Below, piece by piece: positions 18,530-28,943 of a DNA stretch of 64,000 bases. How positions within the stretch are numbered: the first letter of the stretch is position 1; each line of letters opens with the position of its first letter. The notes under the pieces are model-generated. The model worked only from the letters and a program-made list of their open reading frames with translations, was not told where the DNA came from and searched no databases. Position numbers and translations under genes: made by a program. The stretch is from Gemmatimonas sp. (GTDB taxonomy: Bacteria > Gemmatimonadota > Gemmatimonadetes > Gemmatimonadales > Gemmatimonadaceae), in NCBI GenBank assembly GCA_965279375.1, contig OZ257156.1, forward strand, positions 4,736,001-4,800,000. Direction: 5' to 3'.

Positions 18530-18545
18530 AGCCAGAATAGTGCCC
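18530..18545 (-). promoter_or_regulatory. Candidate sigma54 (-24/-12) promoter
   Basis: Minus strand GGGCACTATTCTGGCT has GG-N10-GC spacing and GGCAC, directly after a sigma54 activator gene. Confidence 0.5.
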
Positions 18546-18581
18546 AAACCATTGTATGACATGCAGCTACCAGATTGCACC

Positions 18582-20255
18582 TCAACCTTCGTCGAGATCC
18601 AGCCCTGCCCCCCCCTCGTATTCTCGCAATTTGCGATACAAAGTCCGCTCGCCAATCCCCAATCGCTCGGCCGCTTTACGTCGATTCCCGCTCGCATCCC
18701 GGAGCGCCGCCTCGATGGCCGTGCGCTCGATCTCGGCCATGGTCATCCCAGGCCCCAAGGTGATCACGGTCGGCGGCGGCTCCTCATCACGCGGCGCGAT
18801 CCCGCGCAGCCCCCCCATCACAGAGCCGATCTCCACCAAGCCAGCTGCCGCGCCAGCCGTCCCGCTGCGAACGTCCCCCATCCACCCCGGCGCCATCATG
18901 CGAGGGTCCACGCGCGGATCCACCCGCGACTCCTGATCCATCCGGCGCCGCAACTCCTCCACCTGCAGCTTCAGCTCGACAAGCGAGCGTACGATAAACT
19001 CGAGCTCACGCCCCTGCGCACGCTCACCCTCGCGCACGATCGGACCGACATGGACGGGCAGTAGCCGACGTCCGCCCGCATCGCGGATCGCGCGAGGAAT
19101 GTCCTCCGCCACGATCTCGCGCCCGGGCGCCAGCACGACCATGCTCTCGACCAGATTGCGCAGCTCACGCACGTTGCCGGGCCACGGATACTCGACCAGC
19201 AACGCCAATGCGTCCGCCGACAGCCCATGAAACGGTCGATCATGCATCCGTGAGAATTCGGCGACGAATCGACGCACCAAGAGCGGAATATCGTCACGCC
19301 GCTCACGCAGAGGCGGCAGATAGATCCGCAGCACATTGAGCCGGTAGTACAGGTCGGCGCGGAAGCCACCCTCCTCCACATGCTCGCGCAACGGACGGTT
19401 AGTCGCCGCCACCACGCGCACGTCCACCGGAATCGCCTGCCCGCCGCCCACGCGCGTCACTTCACGCTCTTCGAGCACGCGCAACAGCTTCACCTGCGTG
19501 CTCGACGGCACCTCACCGATCTCGTCGAGAAAGAGCGTGCCCGTGTCGGCCAACTCGAACCGGCCAAGCCGACGCTCCGCCGCGCCCGTGAACGCGCCCT
19601 TCTCGTGCCCGAACAGCTCGCTCTCGAGCAACGTGTCCGGCAGCGCGCCCACGTTCACCGCGATGAACGGCTTGCCACGGCGCGGACTCAAGCGATGAAT
19701 CGCGCGCGCCACCAGCTCCTTGCCAGTGCCGCTCTCACCCTCGATCAGCACCGTGCTCGACACCGGCGCGATCTGCTCGATCTTCACCAGCACTTCGCGA
19801 ATGGCCTCCGACTCACCGACCAATCCGGTCAGCTGCGCGAGTCGCTGCCGCTCGAGCCGCCGACGGATCCCGTCCACGACCTCGTCGAGCGCGATCGGCT
19901 TGCTCCAGGTCTCCACGTAGCCCACGTCGCGCACACGCTCCTGCACCACAGGATCGCTCACGTCGGTGAAGCCCACCACCGGCACACCATCCCACAGCTG
20001 CTGCCGCACCAACGCCACGTTCGCGCTGTCGAGCAGCGCGCCCGTCAGCACGAGCACATCCGGACGCGCGCGACGCAGATCGCCGCGCACGTCGTCCATC
20101 GGCGAAATCGTGACGGTGGTGATCCCCAACCCTTCGAGCGCCGCATTGAGCCGCACAGCCGGCTCCACGTCGGTCATCAAAATCGCGACGACGCCCGACT
20201 CGTTGTCCTCCGTACTGCCGCGCCGCACGACCGCGGTGCGCGACCGTTCGCTCAC
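18582..20255 (-). CDS. Sigma54-dependent Fis-family activator with atypical receiver-like N-terminus
   Basis: [39 protein letters not shown] and a C-terminal HTH. GTG start overlaps the gcvT stop. Confidence 0.92.
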   Translation of the reverse strand: MSERSRTAVVRRGSTEDNESGVVAILMTDVEPAVRLNAALEGLGITTVTISPMDDVRGDLRRARPDVLVLTGALLDSANVALVRQQLWDGVPVVGFTDVSDPVVQERVRDVGYVETWSKPIALDEVVDGIRRRLERQRLAQLTGLVGESEAIREVLVKIEQIAPVSSTVLIEGESGTGKELVARAIHRLSPRRGKPFIAVNVGALPDTLLESELFGHEKGAFTGAAERRLGRFELADTGTLFLDEIGEVPSSTQVKLLRVLEEREVTRVGGGQAIPVDVRVVAATNRPLREHVEEGGFRADLYYRLNVLRIYLPPLRERRDDIPLLVRRFVAEFSRMHDRPFHGLSADALALLVEYPWPGNVRELRNLVESMVVLAPGREIVAEDIPRAIRDAGGRRLLPVHVGPIVREGERAQGRELEFIVRSLVELKLQVEELRRRMDQESRVDPRVDPRMMAPGWMGDVRSGTAGAAAGLVEIGSVMGGLRGIAPRDEEPPPTVITLGPGMTMAEIERTAIEAALRDASGNRRKAAERLGIGERTLYRKLREYEGGAGLDLDEG

Positions 20256-21364
20256 GCCTTCCCCGCCCGCTTGTAGAAGGGCAACGCGACGACACGCGCC
20301 GGGACCGTCTTGCCGCGAATGTCGAGGTCGAACGTCGTCCCGACCACCGCCGCGGCCGCTGGCAAATAGCACGTACCGATCGGGATGCCGAGCGTGGGAC
20401 TCATGGTGCCGCTGCGCACTTCGCCGAAACGCACGCCACCGTAGGTCACGCCGTGGCCGTGCCGCGGAATGGCTCGTTCGTCGATCGTGAAGCCAACCAG
20501 CTTGCGATCCGTGCCTTCGGTGTGCTGCCGCGCGAGCACATCACGACCGAGGAACGGCTCCGACTTGCCGAGCTTCACCAGCCACGAGAGACCGGCCTCG
20601 ATCGGCGTCACCGCATCATCCAGCTCGTTGCCGTACAGGCACAACCCGGCCTCGAGACGCAGCGTATCTCGGCAGCCCAGCCCCGCTGGTACCACCTTGC
20701 CGGTGGCCATCAGCGCCGACCAGATCGTGCCCACATGCTCCGAGGCGCAGTACAACTCCCACCCCAGCTCACCCGTGTAACCGGTGCGCGAAATGATGCA
20801 CGGCACGCCTGCGACGGTGCCTTCGGTGAACCAGTAGTATTTCACCCCGCCCAGCGGCACGCTCGACAGCGACTGCACGATTGCAGGAGCATCAGGCCCC
20901 TGCACGGCCACCAGCGCCGTCGCGTCGGACACATCGACCATCGAGCAATCGAATCCCTCGATGTTCGCCTTAAGATGCGCGATGTCCTTGTCCTTGTTGC
21001 TCGCGTTGATCACGAGCATGAGCTGGTCAGCCATGCGATAGACGAGCAGGTCATCGACGATGGTGCCATCCTCGCGCAGCAGCGTCGAGTACTGCACCTG
21101 CCCAACCGCAAGCGCCGCGACGTCGTTGCTCGTGACGGAATTGACGAACCGGATGGCGTCCGGCCCCTTCACCATCACCTCGCCCATGTGCGACACATCG
21201 AACAGGCCGCACGCCTCGCGCACGGCCTTGTGCTCCGTGGAAATGCCCTGCGGATAGTTGACCGGCATTTCGTAGCCGGCAAACGGGACGATCTTCGCGC
21301 CGAGCGCGACATGAACGTCGTGGAGCGGAGTGCGCTTCAGCGCACCGTCAGTCGTAGCAGTCAT
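20252..21364 (-). CDS. gcvT: Glycine cleavage system aminomethyltransferase T
   Basis: LKRTPL, GLFDVSHMGE, SRTGYTGE and GLGCRDTLRLEAG motifs. Confidence 0.97.
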   Translation of the reverse strand: MTATTDGALKRTPLHDVHVALGAKIVPFAGYEMPVNYPQGISTEHKAVREACGLFDVSHMGEVMVKGPDAIRFVNSVTSNDVAALAVGQVQYSTLLREDGTIVDDLLVYRMADQLMLVINASNKDKDIAHLKANIEGFDCSMVDVSDATALVAVQGPDAPAIVQSLSSVPLGGVKYYWFTEGTVAGVPCIISRTGYTGELGWELYCASEHVGTIWSALMATGKVVPAGLGCRDTLRLEAGLCLYGNELDDAVTPIEAGLSWLVKLGKSEPFLGRDVLARQHTEGTDRKLVGFTIDERAIPRHGHGVTYGGVRFGEVRSGTMSPTLGIPIGTCYLPAAAAVVGTTFDLDIRGKTVPARVVALPFYKRAGKA

Positions 21365-21469
21365 GGGCCTGGATCCGGGTCAACGCGGCGTCGAATGCGC
21401 CGCGTTGTAAGATGCCCGCAGATCGGACGACATGCCAGCGTGGCAGGCTACAATGCCACGATTACTTGC

Positions 21470-21937
21470 CTACAACTCCGCGATCGCCGCGATCACTTCG
21501 GCGGCATGCCCGGCCGGCTTCACCTTGGTGAAGACCTTCGCGACCTTCCCCTTCTTGTCGATCAGGAAGGTGGTCCGCTCCACCCCCATGTACTTCCTGC
21601 CGTACATGGACTTCTCCTTCCAGACGTCGTAGGCCTGCGCCACGACCTTCTCGGTGTCGGCCAGCAACGTGAACGGCAGCTCGTACTTGGTCTTGAACTT
21701 CACGTGCGACTTCACGGGATCAGGGCTCACCCCCAGCACAACGGCCTTGGAGCCATCGAATCGCGGGAAGAGGTCGCGAAACTCACACGCTTCGGTGGTG
21801 CACCCGGAGGTGTCGTCCTTCGGGTAGAAGTACAGGACCACGGGACGTCCGCGCAGCGACGAAAGCTTCATCGGCGTGCCCGCGTCGGTGTCCAGCGTGA
21901 AATCCGGGGCGAGCGAGCCAGCTTCGATGGCAGTCAT
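21470..21937 (-). CDS. bcp: Peroxiredoxin BCP/PrxQ
   Basis: YFYPKDDTSGCTTEACEFRD motif. Confidence 0.95.
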   Translation of the reverse strand: MTAIEAGSLAPDFTLDTDAGTPMKLSSLRGRPVVLYFYPKDDTSGCTTEACEFRDLFPRFDGSKAVVLGVSPDPVKSHVKFKTKYELPFTLLADTEKVVAQAYDVWKEKSMYGRKYMGVERTTFLIDKKGKVAKVFTKVKPAGHAAEVIAAIAEL

Positions 21938-21994
21938 GGCAACAGTTGGTGTCGGTCGGAAAGGTCGGCGAAACGCAGGAACGCGCGATCAGCG

Positions 21995-22915
21995 TCAGCC
22001 GAGGGATTCGTTGCCCATCAGCACGGCCATGATCGCCTTCTGGATGTGCAGGCGGTTCTCGGCTTCATCCCACACGACCGACTGCGGCCCGTCGATCACC
22101 TCCGCCGACACCTCCTCGCCGCGATGCGCCGGCAGGCAGTGCAGGAAGATCGCGTGCTTGGCCGCGCGGGCCATCAGCGCCGAGTTCACCTGATAGCCGC
22201 TGAACGCGCGCTCACGGTGCGCTTGCTCCTCCTCCTGCCCCATCGATGCCCACACGTCGGTGGTGACGACGTCAGCGCCGTCAACAGCCTCCGCGGGATC
22301 GCGCACGAGTTGCACATCAGCGCCAGACGCCGACGCGAGGAAACGCAGGTCGGGATCGAAGCCCTCCGGACACGCCAGCCGGAGTGAGAAGCCCAGGTGC
22401 GCCGCCGCTTCGATCCAGGAGTTGGCCATGTTGTTTCCATCGCCAATCCAGGCCACGCGCTTGCCACGATACTCGTGCAAGTGCTGCTGCACGGTGAGAA
22501 TGTCGGCCATCACCTGGCAGGGATGCGACAGATCGGTCAGCCCGTTGATGACGGGCACGCTGGCATACGCCGCCAATTGCTCCGCGTCCGCATGCGCGTA
22601 CGTGCGGATCATGATGCCGTGCGCGTAGCGCGACAGCACCCGCGCCGTATCGGCAATCGGTTCGCCACGCCCAATCTGCACATCGCGCGGCGACAGGAAG
22701 TGCGCCGTGCCACCCAGCTGCGACGCACCCACCTCGAACGACATGCGCGTTCGCGTGGATGACTTCATGAAGATCATCGCCAACGCCTTCCCGGCCAGCG
22801 GTTTGGCATCGTACGCGCCGCGCCGCATACGCTCGGCCAGCGCCAGCAGCGCGGCATTCTCGCGCTCGGAGAAGTCCACGATGTTCAGGAAGTCGCGATG
22901 CGAGGCTGCAGGCAT
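21995..22915 (-). CDS. argF: Ornithine carbamoyltransferase
   Basis: SSTRTR, HPCQ, GDGNN, WASMG and HCLP motifs. Confidence 0.95.
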   Translation of the reverse strand: MPAASHRDFLNIVDFSERENAALLALAERMRRGAYDAKPLAGKALAMIFMKSSTRTRMSFEVGASQLGGTAHFLSPRDVQIGRGEPIADTARVLSRYAHGIMIRTYAHADAEQLAAYASVPVINGLTDLSHPCQVMADILTVQQHLHEYRGKRVAWIGDGNNMANSWIEAAAHLGFSLRLACPEGFDPDLRFLASASGADVQLVRDPAEAVDGADVVTTDVWASMGQEEEQAHRERAFSGYQVNSALMARAAKHAIFLHCLPAHRGEEVSAEVIDGPQSVVWDEAENRLHIQKAIMAVLMGNESLG

Positions 22916-22955
22916 ATCGTTCGGGTGGAGTGGCGTCAGCAGGGGAAACGCGAGA

Positions 22956-24398
22956 TCAGAGAATATACTTCCGCAGGTCTTCGTCTTCGGAGATGGCCTT
23001 GAGCCGCTCACGTACCATCGCGGAATCGACGGAGACTGTTTCCTTGCCGCGATCCGGCAGTTCGTAGAGCACGTCCTCGAGCAGCGTCGTCATCACGGTG
23101 TGGAGCCGTCGAGCGCCAATGTTCTCCATGCGCTCGTTCACACGCGTGGCCACTCGCGCAATCTCCGCGATACCGTCTGGCTCGAAGGTGAGCGCGGCGC
23201 CTTCCGCTTCCACGAGGGCCGCGTACTGCTTGGTGAGCGCGTTCTCCGGCTCGGTCATGATGCGCACGAAATCCTGCTCCGTGAGCGGCTTGAGCTCGAC
23301 GCGAATCGGGAAGCGCCCCTGCAGCTCGGGAATGAGATCGCTGGGCTTGGAGACGTGAAACGCACCGGCAGCGATGAAGAGGATGTGATCGGTCTTCACC
23401 ATGCCGTAGCGCGTCTGCACGTTGGAGCCCTCAACGATCGGCAGCAGATCGCGTTGCACACCTTCGCGCGAGACATCGGGACCGCCACCTTGACCACGCT
23501 CTCCGGCGATCTTGTCGATCTCGTCGAGGAAGATGATGCCCATGGCTTCGACACGTTCGAGCGCATCGGTGGTGACGTCGTCGAGGTCGATCAGCTTGTC
23601 CAGCTCTTCGTCCAGCAGAATGCGACGCGCTTCGCTCACCTTGACGGTGCGCTTCTTCTTGCGCTTGGGCATCATGTCGCGAAACCACTCGGCGATGCTG
23701 TCCATCCCTTCCGGCGCACCGGGAGTCATCACGTTGCCCGAGGGTGCGGGGCTGGACTGCGTGACTTCGATTTCCACTTCGCGCGCGTCGAGCTGGCCAT
23801 CGAGCAGGAGCTGCCGCAGCTTGTCGCGCGTGCGCTTGTAGCGATCGCTGTTCGCGTCGGGCTCCGAGGTGGTCGAGGCCGGCGTGTCGGCTGTCGCACC
23901 CGCCGTCGCATCGGCCGGTGTCGCTGCCGCACCGGTGACGCCACTGGGGGGCGGCAGCAGCAAATCGAGCAGTCGCTCGTCGACCTTTTCGTTGGCCAGA
24001 TCCTCGACCTCGCTTTCGCGCTCGGTGCGCACCATGTCGATCGCGCCCTCCACGAGGTCGCGCACCATCGATTCGACGTCGCGCCCGACGTAGCCGACTT
24101 CGGTGAACTTGGACGCTTCCACCTTGGTGAACGGCGCGCCGGAAAGCTTGGCAAGACGGCGGGCGATCTCTGTCTTTCCCACGCCCGTGGGTCCGATGAG
24201 GATGATGTTGTTGGGCGAGATCTCCTGTCGGATCTTCTCGGGCGCGCGCTGCCGGCGCCAGCGATTGCGCAGCGCGATGGCGACGGACTTCTTGGCGTCG
24301 GCCTGGCCAACGATGTAGCGATCGAGTTCAGCGACGATCTGGCGCGGCGTCAGGTCGGCAAGACGCGCGATGGCCTGTTCGGTACGGGGAGAGGGCAT
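22956..24398 (-). CDS. hslU: HslU ATPase subunit
   Basis: GPTGVGKTEIARR, KFTEVGYVG, ELQGRFPIRVEL and NIGARRL motifs. Confidence 0.98.
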   Translation of the reverse strand: MPSPRTEQAIARLADLTPRQIVAELDRYIVGQADAKKSVAIALRNRWRRQRAPEKIRQEISPNNIILIGPTGVGKTEIARRLAKLSGAPFTKVEASKFTEVGYVGRDVESMVRDLVEGAIDMVRTERESEVEDLANEKVDERLLDLLLPPPSGVTGAAATPADATAGATADTPASTTSEPDANSDRYKRTRDKLRQLLLDGQLDAREVEIEVTQSSPAPSGNVMTPGAPEGMDSIAEWFRDMMPKRKKKRTVKVSEARRILLDEELDKLIDLDDVTTDALERVEAMGIIFLDEIDKIAGERGQGGGPDVSREGVQRDLLPIVEGSNVQTRYGMVKTDHILFIAAGAFHVSKPSDLIPELQGRFPIRVELKPLTEQDFVRIMTEPENALTKQYAALVEAEGAALTFEPDGIAEIARVATRVNERMENIGARRLHTVMTTLLEDVLYELPDRGKETVSVDSAMVRERLKAISEDEDLRKYIL

Positions 24399-24430
24399 GT
24401 CGAACGCTAATTTGTCGTCTAGCTTTGGGG

Positions 24431-26866
24431 ATGTCCCTTTTCACATCCGTCGTGATGGGGCTGCAGCTCGCCGTCGCAAGTCCCGCCGCTCCGAGCCCCG
24501 CCGTCACGACTCCTGCCGTACCTCATAGCGCGGACCTCCCGCCCGCCGCGCCTGCCTCTTTTTCACTTTCCTCGCAGAACGCGCTCGTCCATCACGCCCG
24601 ACAGGGCGACGTGGACGTGGCCATGCCCGGCCCGCAGTCCGCGCGCATCGTGGTGGATGGCCGCCTCGACGAGCCGGTCTGGGCGACCGCACAGCTGCTG
24701 ACCGGTTTCTCGCTCTACCAGCCAGCCGACCAGCGTCCGTCGCCCGACTCCACCGAAGTCCTTGTGTGGTACTCGCCCACCGCCATGCACTTCGGCATTC
24801 GTGCCTTCGAGCCGCATGGCAACGTCCGCGCCACCCTCGCCGATCGCGACCGCCTCTCCACCGACGACAATGTGGAGATCCATCTCGACACCTTCGAAGA
24901 GCGGCGACGAGCCTTCGTTTTCATCGTGAACGCGCTCGGCGTGCAGGCCGATGGGACGAAGAGCGAAGGCGGCGGCTTCACGCCGGGCTCGAACATCTCC
25001 CCGGGACAAAACGATCTCAGCGCCGACTTTCAGTGGCAGTCGCGCGGGCATGTGACCGACTGGGGCTACGAAGTCGAGTTGCGCATTCCCTTCAGCAGCC
25101 TGCGCTTCCCGAGCAAGTCCACGCAGCGCTGGGGAATTCAGTTCAGCCGCAACGTGCAGCACTCGGGATATCAGGAGACCTGGACGCCGGTCAAGCGCGG
25201 CGCGGCGTCGTTCATCGCGCAGGAAGGGTGGCTATCCGGACTGCGCGGCATGCAACACGGCCTCGACGTGACGCTCAATCCGGAGCTCACGAGCACCATC
25301 GCCGGCACGCCATCGCCGAGCAATAGCGCAGCGTGGCGCTACGACAGCAAGCCGCGTGTGGGTGGAAACATCCGCGCAGGACTGGGCAGCAACTTCGTGC
25401 TCAATGGCACGATCCGTCCGGACTTCTCCCAGGTTGAAGCCGACGCGACGCAGGTGGCAGCCGACACGCGATTCGCGCTGTTCTATCCGGAGCGTCGGCC
25501 GTTCTTCGTGGAAGGCGCTGATCAGTTCAACGTGCCCAACACGCTGGTGTACACGCGTCGCATCGTGCAGCCCGACGCGGCGCTCAAGCTCACCGGGCGT
25601 CTCGGCCGCGCCAATATCTCCCTGCTCTCCGCGCTCGATGCGTCGGCAAGCGGTGCGGCGCGCGATCGGCCGATGGTGGACATCCTGCGACTCACGCGCG
25701 ACTTCAGTCAGCAGTCGCAGGCCGGCTTCGTCTACAGCGAGCGCGTTGGCGGTGGCGCCAGCAATCGCATGGTGGGCGCCGATGTGCGCCACGTGTTCGG
25801 CCGGATGTACTACGCGCAGCTGCAGTTCGCCGGTAGCACCAGTGAGACCGCGGGCGTGCAGCGTACTGGCGCTCTCTGGGAAGCCGTGGTCGATCGTACC
25901 GGTCGCACGATGGGGTTCCACTACAACGTGCTTGGTATTCGCCCAGACTTTCGCGCGGACAACGGCTTCGTCGCACGCACGGGCTACGTGCAGCCCAGCA
26001 TGAGTCAGCGTATCTCGTTCTTCGGCAAGCCGGGTCGACTATTCGAGCGCTACACGGTGTTCGTCAGCACGTCCGGACTCTGGCGCTACCGCGACTTCTT
26101 CGAAGGCAACAGCATGCTCGAAAGTCGCGTGAGCCTGAACAACTCCGTCACCCTGCGACGCGGCTGGTCGATCAGCGCCAATCCCGCACTGGCGTCGTTC
26201 GCCTTCGATCCGGCGAGCTACAGTACGGTCGCATTCGACAACGGCGCGGGCGCCCCGCAACGGTTCGTGCCCGCTCCGCGCATCACGAGCGGAACCGGGA
26301 CGATCAGCGTATCCACGCCACAGTTTCGCCGCTTCGCCGCCACAGCTGGTGTCACGTGCGCCAACGACGTGGACTTCCTCGAAACGTCACGCGTCGAGCG
26401 GACAGCGTACAACGCCAGCCTCGACCTTCGTCCCAACAGTCGGGTCCGCGTGAATGCCACCTACGCCAGCAACGAGTTCATCCGCAGGCTCGATGGCACG
26501 TCGTCCTTCTCCACGCGTATTCCGCGATTGAAGATGGAGTATCAGGTTGCGCGGCCCGTCTTCGTACGGCTCATCGCCCAGTACGAAGCGAGTCGGCGCG
26601 AGGCGCTGCGCGACTACCGCACCGGCAAAGTGCTGCTGACGCGGCGAACCGACGGCACGTACGTCGCGTCCACGCGACGCGAGTCGAATCTGCTGCGCGC
26701 AGACTGGCTCTTCTCCTACCGACCACGGCCGGGCACGGTGTTCTTCGCCGGATACGGCAGCAGCATGGTCGAGCCGGATGCACTCGCACTGAACGGTCTC
26801 CGCCGTGTCAGCGATGGATTCTTCCTCAAGGCGAGTTGGCTCTTCTCGCGCGCAACGGTGCAGTAG
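24431..26866 (+). CDS. CBM9-like domain + outer-membrane beta-barrel protein (DUF5916-like)
   Basis: Signal-like N-terminus, VDGRLDEPVW, ELRIPFSSLRF, PDFSQVEAD..FYPERRPFF, and C-terminal FFLKASWLF. Confidence 0.8.
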   Translation: MSLFTSVVMGLQLAVASPAAPSPAVTTPAVPHSADLPPAAPASFSLSSQNALVHHARQGDVDVAMPGPQSARIVVDGRLDEPVWATAQLLTGFSLYQPADQRPSPDSTEVLVWYSPTAMHFGIRAFEPHGNVRATLADRDRLSTDDNVEIHLDTFEERRRAFVFIVNALGVQADGTKSEGGGFTPGSNISPGQNDLSADFQWQSRGHVTDWGYEVELRIPFSSLRFPSKSTQRWGIQFSRNVQHSGYQETWTPVKRGAASFIAQEGWLSGLRGMQHGLDVTLNPELTSTIAGTPSPSNSAAWRYDSKPRVGGNIRAGLGSNFVLNGTIRPDFSQVEADATQVAADTRFALFYPERRPFFVEGADQFNVPNTLVYTRRIVQPDAALKLTGRLGRANISLLSALDASASGAARDRPMVDILRLTRDFSQQSQAGFVYSERVGGGASNRMVGADVRHVFGRMYYAQLQFAGSTSETAGVQRTGALWEAVVDRTGRTMGFHYNVLGIRPDFRADNGFVARTGYVQPSMSQRISFFGKPGRLFERYTVFVSTSGLWRYRDFFEGNSMLESRVSLNNSVTLRRGWSISANPALASFAFDPASYSTVAFDNGAGAPQRFVPAPRITSGTGTISVSTPQFRRFAATAGVTCANDVDFLETSRVERTAYNASLDLRPNSRVRVNATYASNEFIRRLDGTSSFSTRIPRLKMEYQVARPVFVRLIAQYEASRREALRDYRTGKVLLTRRTDGTYVASTRRESNLLRADWLFSYRPRPGTVFFAGYGSSMVEPDALALNGLRRVSDGFFLKASWLFSRATVQ

Positions 26867-26958
26867 GGCTCGCTGCAGAGCGCGCTCGCATGACTTATGC
26901 ACTACGGTTGGGTGTGCCGAAGGCACGCGTCTCACTTCTCCCAACCGGGATTCAGCCC

Positions 26959-27297
26959 ATGAAGCGCTCACCGCTGTTTCGTAGTTCGATCATCGCAACA
27001 GCGATGCTCGTCGCCGCCTGCTCAGGCGAAAAGAAGGAAGCAGTCGATAGCACCGGCACCGCTGCGGGCGCAATGATGGACAGCGTCGGCAAGGCTGCGG
27101 TCGCCGCCGCTGACAGCGTCAAGGCAGCGGCTGGTGCCATGGTGGACAGCGCGCAGGGCGCCGCGATGTCTGCCGTCGACAGCGCGAAGAAGAAAGCCGA
27201 CGCGATGGTGGACAGCACCAAGGCCAAGTCGGCCGCCGCGATGGACAAGATCGGCGAGAAGGCCAAGGAAGCGAAGAAGGAAATCAAGAAGCCGTAA
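26959..27297 (+). CDS. Small lipoprotein made of 11-residue Ala/Lys-rich repeats
   Basis: Lipobox VAA-C followed by seven 11-mers (AVDSTGTAAGA, MMDSVGKAAVA, ...). Confidence 0.85.
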   Translation: MKRSPLFRSSIIATAMLVAACSGEKKEAVDSTGTAAGAMMDSVGKAAVAAADSVKAAAGAMVDSAQGAAMSAVDSAKKKADAMVDSTKAKSAAAMDKIGEKAKEAKKEIKKP

Positions 27298-27332
27298 CGC
27301 GCGCTCAACTGGCGGCGCGTGACGGCTTCCCG

Positions 27333-27878
27333 CTACGCGCTCGGCTCGATGACCGTGATATTCGTGTTCGTGTAGATGCAGATCTCACCAGCAATGGTGA
27401 GCGCCTTCTGCACGATGTCGCGCGGTGACAGCGCGGTCTCTCGCAAGAGCGCCCGCGCTGCCGCTTGCGCATATGCACCACCCGAGCCGATCGCCAGCAC
27501 GCCGTCGTCCGGCTCGATGATCTCGCCGTTGCCCGAGATCATCAGTCCGTTGTCCACGTCGGCCACGATCAGCAGCGCCTCCAGTCGTCGCAGCACGCGA
27601 TCGCTGCGCCACTCCTTCGCCAGCTCCACGGCCGCCTTGGGCAGATTGCCGGGATAGCGATCGAGCTTTTCCTCGAACTTCTCGAAGAGCGTGAGTGCAT
27701 CCGCCGCCGAGCCCGCGAAGCCTGCCAGCACGCGACCGCCCTTGAGGGTGCGCACCTTGACCGCATGCGACTTGGCCACGGTATCGCCGACGGACACCTG
27801 CCCGTCGCCACCGAGAGCGAGTTTGCCGTCGCGCCGAACGGCAAGAATGGTAGTGGCGCGCATCTGTGGGAGAGCCAT
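27333..27878 (-). CDS. hslV: HslV protease subunit
   Basis: [29 protein letters not shown] and ICIYTN motifs. Confidence 0.97.
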   Translation of the reverse strand: MALPQMRATTILAVRRDGKLALGGDGQVSVGDTVAKSHAVKVRTLKGGRVLAGFAGSAADALTLFEKFEEKLDRYPGNLPKAAVELAKEWRSDRVLRRLEALLIVADVDNGLMISGNGEIIEPDDGVLAIGSGGAYAQAAARALLRETALSPRDIVQKALTIAGEICIYTNTNITVIEPSA

Positions 27879-27948
27879 GTTTGAAAAGTAGCGCACGGCA
27901 CCAGTCGCCACGCCCCCACCTCTCCGCTCGTTCCACTCGCACCTACGC

Positions 27949-28920
27949 ATGTCCACGCCACCGATCAGCTACGCCGACGTCGTCGCCGCGCGCGCTCGTC
28001 TCGCCACCCATCTCGATCCGTCTCCCGTCCGGCACTATCCACTCCTCGACGATCTGGTGGGCCACGGCATTCGAGTGCTGGTCAAGCACGAGAACCACCT
28101 GCCGGTGAACACCTTCAAAGTGCGCAATGCAACATCCGCCCTCACCGCCCTGCCCACCGATGTTGCCGCGCGCGGCGTGGCCGCGGCAAGCACGGGCAAT
28201 CATGGGCAGGGGCTCGCGTGGGCCGGCGCCCGACTGGGCATTCCCGTCACCATCTGCGTGCCGCTGGGCAACAACCCGGACAAGAACGCGGTCATCCGCT
28301 CGTATGGCGCGCGCTTGATCGAAACCGGTCGCACCTACGACGAATCCGCCGCCGCGTGCGCCGAGCTGGCACGCAACGAAGGGCTCACGCTCGTGCACTC
28401 CACCAACAACCACGGCGTCATCGCGGGCGCCGCGACGATGTCGGCCGAGTTCCTCGAGCAGGCCCCCGATCTCTCGGCCGTCATCATCGCACTCGGCGGG
28501 GGCTCACAGGCGGTGGGCGCGATTGTGGTGCGTGACGCGGTGCGACCAGGCGTTGAAGTGTTCGCGGTACAGAGCGACGGCGCCACGGCGCAGCACGACG
28601 CATTTCACGACGGCGTCGCGCGCAGCGGGCAGCGCGCCGACACCTTCGCGGAAGGCATCGCGACGGGTTCCACCTACGAGCTGACGTTCGACACGCTGCG
28701 AGCGGGACTCGCCGACTTCGTGCTCGTCAGCGACGACGCGATCGCGCAGGGGGTACGCGACCTGCTGCGCATTACGCACAACCTCGCCGAAGGATCAGGA
28801 GCGACGGGACTCGCGGGGCTGCACGTGCTGGCGCCACGTCTCGCCGGTCGCACCGTGGGCATCGTGCTGTGTGGCGGCAATCTGGATTCGGCGCGCCTCG
28901 CGACGATTCTCGCTGGCTAG
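27949..28920 (+). CDS. PLP-dependent threonine/serine dehydratase-family enzyme
   Basis: [29 protein letters not shown] and LCGGN motifs; no ACT domain. Confidence 0.88.
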   Translation: MSTPPISYADVVAARARLATHLDPSPVRHYPLLDDLVGHGIRVLVKHENHLPVNTFKVRNATSALTALPTDVAARGVAAASTGNHGQGLAWAGARLGIPVTICVPLGNNPDKNAVIRSYGARLIETGRTYDESAAACAELARNEGLTLVHSTNNHGVIAGAATMSAEFLEQAPDLSAVIIALGGGSQAVGAIVVRDAVRPGVEVFAVQSDGATAQHDAFHDGVARSGQRADTFAEGIATGSTYELTFDTLRAGLADFVLVSDDAIAQGVRDLLRITHNLAEGSGATGLAGLHVLAPRLAGRTVGIVLCGGNLDSARLATILAG

Positions 28921-28943
28921 CACCTCACCACGCACCGGCGTTC

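Noticed and set aside
18624..18636. Palindrome TCGCAA-T-TTGCGA as enhancer for the 18530-18545 promoter
   Set aside because: It lies in the conserved LYRKLR HTH codons and can be explained by coding constraint.
26959..27297. CRISPR-like 33-nt periodicity
   Set aside because: Degenerate in-frame coding repeats; no constant repeat with unique spacers and no cas genes.
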